DNA of 64,000 nt, from assembly GCA_977017645.1 (NCBI GenBank), contig OZ360226.1, positions 54,250,001 through 54,314,000 on the forward strand, in the 5' to 3' direction. The notes under the pieces are model-generated. The model had not been told where the DNA came from. It made no database searches and saw nothing but the letters and a program-made list of their open reading frames with translations. A program made the translations under genes and the position numbers. This DNA comes from Torpedo marmorata. Its lineage: Eukaryota. Below are positions 23,334 through 36,535 of this stretch, one piece after another. Within the stretch, counting starts at the first letter, position 1; every line of letters starts with the position of its first letter.

Positions 23334-23659
23334 CTAAATAGGAGACAATAGATGTTAATGGAGTGAAGTCATTTTAAGATTGCATCTAGACTAGCTGTTT
23401 CTTCCCTTAGTATTCCTTTCCTACTTCACTATGCCCAAGACAGCCACTTTTTATTGCCATTCTGGTGAACTATTTTGCCCCTAGTTACAAATCTTCCTGC
23501 ACTATATCATTCCCCCCCCAACCCAGCCCTCAAACAGCAATGACCCACACCCTTTTCTTCAGTGCTGCTGATATTACTACTTTCTTTAAACCACACATAA
23601 TACAACTTCTAAAGAAACTTTACCAATTACATTAAAAAAATAAAAAAACAAATAGTTTT

Positions 23660-23960
23660 TTTTCATCAATTACAAATACCTACGTATGCTTTACCTATAA
23701 CTCCATTAATCAGCATTAAAAGTTGAATATTTACTGTCTCGTCCAGTGTCCTGCAGAGTGTGCTCCTCGGCTGCCATATGCGCCAGCTTCCTCTTTAAAC
23801 TGATTTGTACTGTTAGCTTGGCAACACCTGCATCAGCAGCTCAGCCAATAACAAGAAACACAACACAACGCAGGCTGAGCTGAGGAATGCAGATGTTTAC
23901 GGTAAGAAGAAACAATATAAATCACCATTCCTAAGGCAAACAATTAATAAGAAAAATACA
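23660..23960 (-). promoter_or_regulatory. ARGLU1: Intron-2 splicing-control element with candidate poison exon (23827-23695)
   Basis: gatgcag|GTGTTGCC acceptor; TATAG|gtaaag and CGTAG|gtattt donors; in-frame TAA after 4 codons; resembles the ARGLU1 intron-2 ultraconserved element as recalled from mammals. Confidence 0.7.
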
Positions 23961-25389
23961 TTTACTGTTAGTGAAAAATACAAGCTTTAAGCCATCCTTT
24001 TGTGGAACTGAGAGCATCTTTCACAGTGGAAAGAAATTATGATTTTTTTTCTGTTCTGAGAACAAATCACACAAGTGACCTTCAAGTACTGATGATCTAC
24101 TAACTTTTCAAAATTAAGGTAATGTTTGCTATTACTAGTCTAATGAATATTGGTTAAAGAGTTCTGACTCTGCAATAAAGGAGCTTTATTGCAGACTTCA
24201 AATTTCAAGATTATCCTTCAAAATACAACTAAACACTGCAAATAAAGGGCTCGAAATTAAAATTTCCAGAACAGAAAAATTACACTTTCAATACTGTGAA
24301 TGGCCCAGGAAATTTGCCCTTTGTCTGTCGGATGACAATGTAAACATGAAGCCAAGCAAAACTATCAGACATGAGAAAGAAAAATAATCTTACTATGAAT
24401 AGTAACATGCTACAAGCCGATACTCATCAACCCTAGAAATTCAAATAATCTGGATACAAGTGAGAAAGTAAATAATGCAAAAAGCTATAACTTATGGCAT
24501 AATGCACTCTGAATTATTAAAAGTGGAGCATTTTTATAAAATTAAAGCATATTACAATAGGTAGTACTATCATGCAACTTATAATACAACACTGTTCATA
24601 ACAAAATCTTGATCTGAAGGCATTTTATAATTTCATTAAAGAACCATGTAAGTTTCCTAATAAACCTCCTCTCTAGCCTATCAAGTACAAAATTGATGGA
24701 AATCAATTCTCACTCTGGCAGCTGATATTCTGAAATTAAAATTTGTCCAAGAGGCTAACTGACATGGTAACAAAAAATGCTAATACTTTTTCACAATGTC
24801 AAATATTGCAGGGCGAGTTCATAAATACAAAAAAATGTCAACATCAAATTGTCAGGCACTGTGGCCAAAAACATTGGAGTTTATTTCTGAAACAATTAAT
24901 CAAAACAGTATATGCATGATAACTACTAACTAACCCTTTGAAGTCTTCATGGAATTTTAAGATACAGCCACACCTATTTTCAAAGGTTGGCGATCATTCT
25001 AACTTTGTCAACATGCTCTTATGTTGACAGGTGTAATACAAAACAAAAACAAGATATTGTACAAAATTGACAGGCACAGCCTACAATCATCTTTCAAAAA
25101 AAATAAAACTGCTTTGAATCAAAAAAACCTGCCACGGGACACAATACGGCAAAATAATACCCAGCCCTAGATTTAAAGTGGCAAAATGGAGATATGAAGA
25201 TCAAATTGCTGACTAGACCTTCCAGAGGATGCAAATGAAAACAATCACTATGTCAGTTTCACCGTAGAGAAATCAGTAGCTACTTTATTTTAGTTATTAA
25301 TCTGGGCTGTGACCTAACTTGTGTGGAATGGTGATGAAAAGGACAGAGAGAAGCTTCTTGGTGATGATGAGAAAACAACTACTCAAGGT

Positions 25390-25495
25390 TTCAACATACC
25401 TTGATGAAGGGCTCAAGCCCAAAACGTCGGTTATATATTTTTATCTTTGCTATATACTGTTTGACCTGTTTTCTCCAGCATTGTGTTTTTACTTA
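25390..25495 (+). mobile_element. Short Penelope-like pseudo-LTR fragment
   Basis: TGATGAAGGGCTCAAGCCC.AAACGTCGG ... TTCTCCAGCATTGTG, related to the opposite-strand copy at 34980-35070. Confidence 0.55.
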
Positions 25496-26803
25496 GAAAT
25501 TAATTTAATTGTTCTTCATTTTGCCTCTAATATTTAGAAACAAATCTGATGGAGAATGCAAATAAAATTTAGAAAGGGCCAGTCACTCACAGTAAGGAAG
25601 CATGCAGAAGTTATTTTGTTGTCGACATAAACATTAAAGATAACAGAACCATCTTCTTGTCCAGAAATGCTATGTACTGTCATGGGACAGAACTAAACAC
25701 AATATTAAACTTTATTTACCGATAATAGTTTTAACTTCTTCAGAGCATACAATTAATAAAGCACTATTTTGTGCTACTTTGCTCTTTCCTAACTCCATTT
25801 AACAATACTCAGATAAACAAATCACTTCAAAGAAACTATGTGCAATGATAAAACCGAAATTATTTCATACAGGATTACAGTTAGATTTTTAAAGTTGTAT
25901 TGAGAATTAGGCACTACACTGTAAAATATTATTTCATTCCAGAATCCAGAGGTAATGAGTGTCAGCAAATTTCAATCAAGTAGCAATTCACTAATTCACA
26001 GGAAGACATTTTTCTGCTTTTGCTACTGTGACCATGTAACACAGAATGTCTAACTTTACATTAAGGAGGGACTCACCAGCTGTTGATAGCTCTCATGGGA
26101 AGAAAAAGTACTTACAACTACACTCTGGAGGAGGGTAATAAAGGTCTAGTTCCAGTCCCACAAGAATCCTTCCAATAAAATGGAGGCTGATGTCAGAAAC
26201 TTAATGGTAAAAGTGCCCCAAGTGCATCTTATTTAAGATAAATAGGCAGCAAACATTTGCTGCATATTTATCTTAATAAAATATAATAGGGGCATTTGCC
26301 ATAGCGAGTTCTGTAGGCTCATCCACTTTGACCTATTTCAGCACTGGAAAGACCAAGTCATGGAGTCAGAATGGAATACAAGTGATTACACAAATGAAGG
26401 GCAAATCATTATCTGGAGAGAGCCTTAAAAAAAAGTGTTTTGCATAGTTAGATAATAAAGTCTGCAGCCATGGCAAAAGTTTCAATAAACAAGTGTGAAA
26501 ATAGACTTTCAACAAGTACACTGGTACATTAGTAATATTTCTTTCAAAATTCCTGAATTTAAACAGGAAATTCCATGGCACAATGGTTTGTGTAGCCTAA
26601 TTATTAAATACTCCATTCAGCATCTTAGGTTATAATGCAAAAGAAATGCAACTTAAAAAACAATGTTGTGGTACTGCAGACTCTGGAAAAGGGGTAGATG
26701 CATTCTGATTCCATTTACTGATGATGATTAAGTGGTGATCATTGACTGTGACTGAAAGTTTTGCCATGGACTGTCGTTTGCTTTTCCAACGATCGAGCGT
26801 TAC

Positions 26804-27029
26804 CTCTCTAGCTTTCTGTGCAGCAAGCTCAGCATGTCGCTGTCGCTCAAGCTCCTCCAACAGTTGCTTTTCCATAATACGCTTGGCCTCCTCGACACGT
26901 CGGAGTACCTCACGCTCAATCTCATCCTTACGTTTCTCTAACTCTTCTTCCACTCGTTTAGCCACAAGTTCCTCCACTCTTCTTGCTGTTTCTTCTTCAA
27001 TCAACTTTTCTTCTATTTCCTGTTGTCGG
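26804..27029 (-). CDS. ARGLU1: ARGLU1 exon 2
   Basis: catgaag|C CGA ... GAG|gtaacg; 226 nt; phase matches exon 1; [75 protein letters not shown]. Confidence 0.97.
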
Positions 27030-28276
27030 CTTCATGAAACAAGGGAAAATAATTAGTAAATAAATCTCTACAAAATAATGATCACACCAGACAAAATAAA
27101 ATCTCTTTTTAAAGAGCTGTGACCTTAAATTGCACTCAAAAATTGACTCCATGATATAGACTAACAATGCAGTGTTACTAAGGCAGCACCGCGTCGTGTG
27201 GGAAGTATACCACACGAAAGTGGAAGGAAAAACATTTTAGAGCATTATTCAAGTGACAGCAGAGCTTTCCATGCTCTCCAACCAGCAATCATCAATTATC
27301 AGTTAAAAAACCCTTAGCCAGTAGTTAATAAAACAGTTGATGGGTCTTCATATGTGTTAAGTGACAGCTATTTCAAGATGTTGCCACATACTGCACTTGA
27401 AAAGTACTTTGTTGGTCATGAATGGTTTGGTGTGTCCCAAAAATCACAAAATTTATATAAATGTACACACAAATATACATGTTCTCCCAAACACAACTTT
27501 TTTGAAAAATTATTTTTATATCAGTTACTTTTTCCTGCACATTTGCCTTAGGGGAACTGGGCTTTCAGTATGCTTGAGCTAGTGAGAAAAAAGAATTGCC
27601 CAAAAAATTGATGCTGAATTAACCGTTTGCTGTCATAAATTTTGTGAAGAACTGCTGTTTTCTCCTCCAAGCTCAAATGTTCCTCAAAATAGGAAATTAG
27701 ATGACAGTTGCCAAATGATACAAGGACATATAACATGGAATTAGATGTGGAACAGTGGCAACCCCAACAGAAATTTTCTTAAACAATTTTCGTAATCTTC
27801 TCCAACTTTACAATTTTTGGAGATACCTTGTTCCTCCAATTCTGATGATCACCCTTAAATTTAGCTGCTCTACAACTTGGTTCCTGGGAAGCCAAGCTTT
27901 GGAATTGTCTCCCCACATCTTCCACTTTCCTCTAAAATGTTTCATTTAACTTCTTAGACATTAGCCCTCACAACACAATTTATAAAATGTCTTGATACAA
28001 GTTGTTGTTTGTATTAAGGCACATGGTACCTTTTTACTTGCATTAAATAGATGAAAAGTACATCAAATTACAGCCTAACCAGCCTAAGAGAAAGCCTTCA
28101 CATTTTCACTTTAAAGTATACCGGTAACATAAATCTAATTTGCAGGTAAATCACATCTCCATCAAGTCCTATCACAGCCAAGAGAAGAACCCTAGTGGTG
28201 CAGAGTTTGTATAATTTTATCAGATCCATTCATGTTGACATTCTGCTTCAATCAGCACGACAAAAAGCTTTACCTG

Positions 28277-31200
28277 GGGGGGCGTGGCGTGATGGCGTAG
28301 GGAGAAGACGCAGGGATACACCTCTCCCGACAGATAAAGCCAAGAAGTCTTTTTAATTAACTCAAAAACTTTTAAAATATTACTAAAAGTGCTATAACTA
28401 AATACAGAATGGCTGGTAAAAAAACGAAGGATCAGAAAGTTAAAAAACCTATGATACAGACAATTCTATTACAAGAAGAAAAGAGGCCTACCTTAGAGAT
28501 GGAGCCTGGGACTGCCTTAATGGTGAAGCCTGGAAAGCGGTATGGACGACGTTTGGGTGAGTCGGGAACGCCGACGCTACCTCCGCAGGGAGCTGCGGAA
28601 GATGGCGCCGGCGCCCGACCTAAAACTACAGGAAGGACAGATGAGCGACTGCGCATGCGCAGAATCTCCGATCTGGAACGCCAACTCGAGGAGGCCAGGA
28701 TGACGTCAACGGAGGCTCCCCAGACCAAACTACAGGCTGGGAAGCCAAAATCATCGTCAGAATCAGAAGGGGAGAAAGAAGACAGCCAGCTGGTAGGAGA
28801 AGACATTGAAGAATATGATACTTACCAGGATGAAGTGTTGAGAGAACTCTGGTTAGTAAAAAGCAGCCAAGAGAATATTCAACATAATATTTTACAAGCT
28901 ATTGTTAAGTTAGAAGAAAAAATGGAAGTAAAGCTTAATATGGCTACTGGTAAGCTTGAACAAAAAATACAAGATGAATTTAAAGAAATGAAACAGAACA
29001 TGAGAAAAATGGAAAATACTATAGGTAAAATAGATGTCAGAGTTAAGAAAGTAGAGGAGGAAGTTAAGAGCAACAATCATGAAGTTGAAGACTGTAGAGA
29101 AAGAGTGGATAAAATGGAAGATACTTACGTTGGTTGGGAAAAACAAAGATCAATTAATACAGAAGATAGATCAGATGGAGAATCAAAGTCGTAGAAATAA
29201 TGTGAAAATATTGGGACTGCCTGAAAATATTGAAACTTTAGATACAACTCAATTTTTTCAAGATTGGTTGAAACAGATTTTTGGTTTTGACCAACCAGTG
29301 GAGCTTGAACGAGCCCATAGGATTGGAAGAAGAAATCAGGTAGATCGGAGACCACGTCTTGATGAAGTGTTTACGATATCAAGATAGAGAAAAAATTTTA
29401 AGATCAGCGATTCAACATGCACGAGATCACGGGGCTCCGATGATGATTCAAGATAGTAGAGTTCTCTTCTATCCTGACTTAAGTCCTATGGTGGTCAAAC
29501 AACGTAAAGAATTTAATCCTGCAAAGGCAGTACTGTGGGAAAAAGGTTATAAATTTTCGTTTAAGTTTCCAGCGATTTTGAGGATTCAAAATGATGGTGA
29601 GAATTGTTTACTATTTATGGATCCTGAGCAAGCTCTTAATCATGCAAGAAATCTTCCACGTCTGAGAAGAAGTGTTCCTTTTGTTTCTAATCAACAAAAG
29701 CAAGAAAGTCAAACAAGTTTGGATATCTCGATACCTGGTTCGATAACTGGAGAAAGTGTTCTGGTTCAAGCTGAAGGAGAACGTGAAGATTTGGGAGGAG
29801 TTAATTGAATAAAAGTTGTATAAATAATTATCTGTTGGGGGGAGGTGGACTCATTGGGACTTTTTCCGAAACTATCACCACCTTAGCGGCGAGAGCCGCT
29901 TCTCGAACGACGGAGGGGGGTGACACTGGGGTAGACAATCCGGTGTTGTTTATGGGGTATTTCTTCTTATTTTTTCTGTTTTCTATTCTATTTGAGGAGA
30001 AAATATATGGACAACAGATTAGGAGGGAAACGCTAGCGGATCTGACAGATAGAGAACGATTAAAGTTTATTTATGGTGGATTCTAGAAGTATAAATTTTG
30101 TAAGTATTAATGTTAATGGGCTTAATAATCCAATTAAGAGAAAAAAAACTTTGACATATATTAAGAAATTGAAAGTAGATATAGCTTTTTTACAAGAAAC
30201 ACATTTGATTGATAAGGAACATCAAAAGTTAAAAAGAGACTGGGTGGGACATGTAGTAGCCTCATCATTTAATTCTAAAGCGAGAGGTGTAGCGATTTTA
30301 GTTAATAAAAAATTACCATTTAAAATACAATCAGTAGTGACTGATGTAGCTGGTAGATATGTTTTAATACATTGTCAAATTTATTCAGAAATATGGACTT
30401 TTTTGAATGTATATGTTATAAATCCAGATGATGAACAGTTTATTCAAGATGCTTTTTTACATTTATCTGACGCTAAGGAAAATATTTTAATTGGTGGAGA
30501 CTTTAATTGTTGTTTAAATGTGAGTATAGATAGGACTACTAGAACACTTGCTAGACCTAAAATAGTTAAAAGAATTATTAATTTAATGGAAGATTTGAAT
30601 CTGGTAGATATTTGGAGGAAATTAAACCCTAGAGAAAAAGATTATTCATTTTACTCTTTTAGACATAATTCATTTTCTAGGATTGATTTGTTTTTGATAC
30701 CTTCACAAATTCAAAATAGGGTAACTCAAATATCTTATAAAGCAAGAATAATTTCGGACCATTCACCTTTATTGATGACGTGTATAATTCCAGAGAAAGA
30801 AAAAACTGTATATAATTGGAGATTTGATTCTTCTTTATTGAAAAGGAAGGATTTTTGTGAATATATGAGAAAAGAAATCCAGGAATTTTTAAGAATAAAT
30901 AATAATTCGATTAATGATAAATTTATAATTTGGGAATCTTTAAAAGCTTACTTAAGAGGTTTGATAATAAGTTTTTCGGCAAAAATTAGAAAAGATTATT
31001 TGAAAGAAGGAGGAAAATTGGAAAGGGAGATTGAATTTATGGAGAAGGATTTTCAAAGAAATAAAACAATTTTTAGGAGACAACGTTTAATTAGGAAGAA
31101 ACTGCATTACAATATATTACAAACTCGAAAAATAGAAAAATTAATCGATAGAACGAAACAAAGATATTATGAATTAGGAGAAAGAGCACATAAAGTTTTA

Positions 31201-34040
31201 GCATGGCAATTAAAAAAACAACAAGTTTCTAAAACTATAAACGCTATAAAAAAAGTACTGGTGAAATAACTTATAAACCTCAGGAAATAAATGAATCTTT
31301 TAGAGAATACTATCAGAATTTATATACCTCTCAGATTGATCATGATGATACAAAAATTAATAGATTTTTATCCAAAATTACATTACCTAGATTAAATAAT
31401 TTTAATAGAGATATGTTAGATTTATCTATTACAATGAGAGAAGTAGCTGAAGCTTTATCGACATTGAAAAGTGGTAAATCTCCTGGTGATGATGGATTTC
31501 CGATAGAGTTTTATAAAGAGTTTAAAGATTTATTGATACCTATATATATGGAAGTATTGAGTCAAATTAAGGAAACTCATTTATTACCGAAAACCTTTTT
31601 GAATGCTATTATTACAGTTATACCAAAGAAAGATAGAGATGTATTAAAAACTGAGTCATATAGACCTATATCATTGTTAAATAATGGCAAAAATTTTGAC
31701 AAATAGATTAGCTAAGTATTTACCGATTTTAATACATTCAGATCAAGCAGGATTTATTAAAAATAGATATTCGAAAGATAATATAGCAAGATTAATAAGT
31801 TTAATTAACTTGCAAAAAAGGAAACAAGATTTGCCGTTGGTGATAACATTAGACGCAGAAAAAGCATTTGATAGATTAGAATGGAATTTTTTATTTAAGG
31901 TCTTAGAGAAATATGGATTTGGGAATACTTTTATAAATTGGATTAAAACTATATATAAAGAACCTACAGCTAGAGTAATTACAAATGGTCAAATATCATC
32001 TAAATTCCCCTTGATGAGGTCAACAAGACAAGGATGTCCTTTATCACCTGCTTTATTTGTATTGGCAATAGAACCGTTGGCTGAAATGATTAGGAAAGAC
32101 ATTAATATAAATGGGATTAAAGTAGGTACAGAAGAGCATAAAATTAGTTTATTTGCAGATGATGTATTAATATATATGATGAAATCTATTGTATCACTTC
32201 AACAATTAGCTAAGATATTGAAGGAGTATGGTGAGATATCTGGTTATAAAATAAATTTGGATAAGAGTGAGATAATGGCTTTATCTCAAGGAGATTATAC
32301 TAAATGTAAAGAAGTTACAGGATTTAAATGGGCTAAAGAAGGAATTAAATATTTGGGAGTTAAAGTAGATACAAAATTGGAAAATTTATATAAATTAAAT
32401 TATATACCTTTATTTCAGAAAATAAAGAAAGATTTGGAGAATTGGAAAGATTTACCTATAACTTTAATGGGAAGAGTGAATTGTATTAAAATGAATATTT
32501 TTCCAAGAGTTCAATACCTTTTTCAATCTATTCCTTTTGGAATTCCTCAAAAAATTTTTAAAGATTTAAAAATTATTATTAGGAAATTTTTATGGAAGGG
32601 AAAATTAGCGAGAGTAAGTATGGATAAATTAACTTGGAATTATGAGATGGGTGGATTACAACTCCCAAATTTTTTATATTATTATAAGGCAGCTCAATTA
32701 AAGTTTATTAATGAATTTTTTGATTTAACTAAATCTACTGCTTGGATTAATATAGAATTGAATAATATAGGGGAGAGATATAAAGAAGATATTATTTATA
32801 AATGGAATTCTAAATTATTATTGGTTAAAAATAAAAATTCACCGATTATTAAACATTTGTTGGAAATTTGGTCACAGTTAGACAATGAGATAGGACGAAA
32901 AGGGTTATTATCTCCAAATACGCCATTGTATCAGAATTTACTAATACCTTTTTCTATTGATAATCAATTTTTAAAAATATGGTTTCAAAAAGGAATTAAG
33001 AAGATTAAAGATTGTTTTGAGGCTGGAAGATTTGTTACATTTTCTAGACTGAAAGAAAAATTTGGAATATTGGATAATACAATTTTAGCTTATTATCAGG
33101 TTAAAGGATTTTTAGTTGAGAAATTGGGGAATCAATTAATAGCTCCAAGACAGGATGGATTAGAATTATTAATTACTAATGGAAATGTTAATAAATTTAT
33201 ATCACAAATGTATAAATTACTTCAGAGAAGAATGCCTAAGGTAGGAATTCATAAATCAAGATTAAGATGGGAATCAGATTTAAATATTAGTATAGATGAA
33301 AAACATTGGAAAGATTTATGTAAATTGAGTATGACTAAAATTATTAATGTTAGGTATAGATTAGTACAATATAATTTTTTTCACCAATTATATTTAACAC
33401 CTAAAAAATTAAAGAAATTTAATCCGGCATTATCAGATATGTGTTTTAGATGTAAGGATGAAATTGGTTCGTTTGTTCATTCAACTAAAATTAAGGATTT
33501 TTGGTCTAAGGTTAAAGATTTTTTGGATAGAATTTTCAATATTACGGTTCCAATGGATCCTATGTTATTTTTATTTGGAGATATTAAAAAATTTAGTATT
33601 AGAAATAGATTAAATATGTATCAAATAGAATTTTTGCGAATTGTTTTAGCGGTTTCAAAAAAATGTATTGCCATTACTTGGAAATCAGATTTAGATTTGA
33701 ATTTAGATAGATTGCATGCAGAATTACGTTCATGTATACCATTGGAAAAGATTACATATAATTTACGTAATAAATATCATTTCTTTTTGAAAATTTGGAG
33801 CCCATATATGAGAATTATGGGTATGAATTAATTCTCTAGAAGTCTGCTCCGCTGGCGAAATTAACCTCCAATATATAAATAGAATTAGCTTGTAATTTGT
33901 TTTCTCCTCACTTTAATTCTTCAATTCTTTATTATTCAACTTTTTTCTTTTTTTTTTTATATAATCTTTTTTTTCCTTCTTTTTTTCTTTAGAGTAGTGG
34001 TGGGGGGGTTGGGGAGGGGAGGGTGGGAGGGGAAAAAAAA
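28277..34040 (+). mobile_element. Near full-length L1 LINE (5'UTR, ORF1, ORF2; frameshifted), antisense in ARGLU1 intron 1
   Basis: 15-bp TSD AAAAAGCTTTACCTG (28262-28276, 34041-34055); ORF1 28409-29808 (coiled coil, SRRNNVKILGLPE, LERAHR, FYPDLS); ORF2 30073-33831 (APE, RT RQGCPLSP/FADD, Cys motif). Confidence 0.95.
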
Positions 34041-34977
34041 AAAAAGCTTTACCTGATTCTCCTGTCATAAAATTACTATTTTCTTCTTTCTCAATATCAA
34101 AACTTCTCTCATACTCAATACTTTTCAGGGATTGCTGTAATCTTGTAGAACTGACTTGAGTTGTACACTTGGGGTCAACTGTATTGCCTAATGCTTTCAT
34201 TTTCCCTCGCCAAATCTGTACATTTGCAATCTCATTTATTTCATAGGGCTAGATTGGAGCCCAGAATTATACTCATTTCAAAGTACCAATTACAATCCAG
34301 CAGAGTGACATGGTTTATTTTCCTTGATGACTATGAAAGGCCTGAAAGTAAATCACAACTATATTTTCAGACATTGCCTTTCTTTCTTTGCAATGTCTGC
34401 AACTAACCCTTTTTACAGGTTCCACGTTAGTCCCAAGCAAAACTGTGCAATGTTGAATGGGAACTTACTATATCAAGCTTGCTTCATATGAATAAGCAAT
34501 CAGATTAAAGGAAATCGCTATGTTAACTATGTATTTGTTGCTGTGTAAAATGAAGAGAATGAAGTTTTTTTGTCATATACACAAGTACAATGTATACATG
34601 CAATGAAATTCTTATTTGATAGAGCTTTCCTGGTATGTAAGACACATCAACAATTTAAGTATTCTGAATTCATATTTTGCCTTTGCTGTCTTGGACATTC
34701 AAGAGAGAAAATAAAAAATAATTTATGGAAAAGTGACATGGCACAATTTCATTCAGGGCATAGTGCTAGTCTTAAGGACTACTGTAAAAACAGGTAATTA
34801 TTTTATAAAGCAGTACAAAGATAAGGATCTATATTCATCCAAAGAGAGCAAATGCCAACTGCTATAAACATCCCCATAGCAAATAGGCACAAGTTTATCA
34901 CAATTAAACAACCTGGAAAAGACATCATGGTCAATTATTTCCCTGAACAACATTAAGAAAAAAAACCAAATACACAC

Positions 34978-35385
34978 AATACACAAAAGTGCTGGAGAAA
35001 CTCAGCAGGTCATGTAGCATCCATAAAAAAGCAAAAGACAGTTGATGTTTCAGCCCTGAGCCCTTCTTTAGGAGTGCCAAAAATCAGGCAGACAGCCAAA
35101 TAAGAAAATAGGGCAAGGGGGGTTGGAGAAGGGGAACAGGGAGGAGCATGGGCTAAGGTGATACAGGTGGGAGGGGGAAGAGAAAGGAGCTAGGTAATAG
35201 GGAAGAGCATTCTCTGACAGGAGAAGAGAAGGGGCTGGGAAACTGGAGGAATGGAGACTGGAGGAGGGAGTTAATGGAAATTGGAGGCCAATGTTGATGC
35301 CGTCTGGTTGGAGACTGAGATGGAATACAAGGTGTTGCTCCTCCAATTTACAAATGGCCTCAACTTGGCAGTACTCGAGGCCAGA
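34978..35385 (-). mobile_element. Penelope-like element relic (GIY-YIG C-terminus and pLTR)
   Basis: CKLEEQHLVFHL..LQPDGINI on the minus strand followed by a pyrimidine tract and pLTR motif; similar relics at ~36900-37300 and ~40090-40970. Confidence 0.6.
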
Positions 35386-35602
35386 GGGTTGTGAATCTGT
35401 GGAATTCATTGCCACTGACTGCTGTGGAGGCCAAGTCATTAGATATATTTAAAGCGGAGGTTGACAGGTTCTTGATTAACAGTGATGCCAAGGGTGACAG
35501 GGAGAAGACAGGAGAATGGCATTGAAGAAAAATGATCAAATAGCAGAGCAGACTCAATGGGCCACATGGCTTAATTCTGCTCCTGCATCTTATGGTTTTA
35601 TT

Positions 35603-35790
35603 TTTTTTAAAATTTAGACATACAGCCCAGTAACAGGCCCTTTTGGCCCACGACCCCGTGCCACCCAATTACACCCATTAACCTACAACCCCACGTATGT
35701 TTTTGAATGGTGAGAGGAAACCGAAGCCCCCAGGGAAAAACCCATGCAGACACGGGGACAACATACAAACTCCTTACAGACAGCGCTAAA
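35603..35790 (-). mobile_element. 5'-truncated tRNA-derived V-SINE (HE1-like)
   Basis: V-domain-like GTCTGCATGGGTTTTTCC and CR1-like tail GGGCCTGTTAC; same family as 59236-59465. Confidence 0.7.
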
Positions 35791-35914
35791 CATGCCGCCC
35801 GTCTTGTAAGATATAAATTAATAATGAACAAATACAACTCCTTAATCAAAAAGGGAGACAGAAAGCAGAAAACTACAGGCCAATTACCTTATCATCTGAC
35901 ATTGGGAAAATGTC

Positions 35915-36535
35915 AGAAGCTCAAGTTTATTTTCTGGTTGCACATATACCACCTGATGAAAGTTTCTCCAGACCACAATGCACAAACATACACACATAAT
36001 AGAGTGCAGAATAATATGCATATTATATAAAGATTAAATTTAAAATAAATATAAATATTTTGGAATGATTTACTCGGTTCAAGAAGACTGTTCATCACTC
36101 TCACAGAAGCTATTTCAGCCTGGCAGTCCTGAATTTGATGCTCCTGTACCACCTTCTTGATGGTAGTAGATCAAAGATACTGTGTGCTGGATGGAAAGGG
36201 TTCTCTATAATTCTTTGAGCCCTATTTATGCAACCCTCTCAGTAAATGTCGTCAATAGAAGAAGGGGAGGCCCCAGTGATCTTCTTGCCGTTTCGATGAT
36301 CCTCTGTTGACAAAGTCTGATGCTTTGCAGCTACCATACCACACAATGATGCAGCCAGACAGGACACTCTCAATCATGTTCCCGTAAAATGTTGGCAAGA
36401 TGGGGTCTGGTGGCCTTGCCCTCCTCAACCTCCTTAGGAAGTGTAGGCACTGCTGTGTCTTCCTGACTAATGAGGTGTTGTGGATCCAGGATAGGTCGTA
36501 CTTTATATGCACGCCAAGAAACTTTGTGCTCTCAG
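35915..36535 (-). mobile_element. Rex1/Babar-like LINE 3' fragment
   Basis: STKFLGVHI.YDLSW..RKTQQCLHFLRRLRRA..FYG.MIESVL on the minus strand. Confidence 0.75.

Noticed and set aside
25400-25430. Hammerhead ribozyme in the Penelope relic (also ~63836-63866)
   Set aside because: Core is mutated (UUGAUGA and AAAA instead of CUGAUGA and GAAA) and lies antisense to ARGLU1
26630-26803. ORF continuation past exon 2 ([11 protein letters not shown]..)
   Set aside because: Read-through into intron 2; at most the tail of a retained-intron product, not a separate gene
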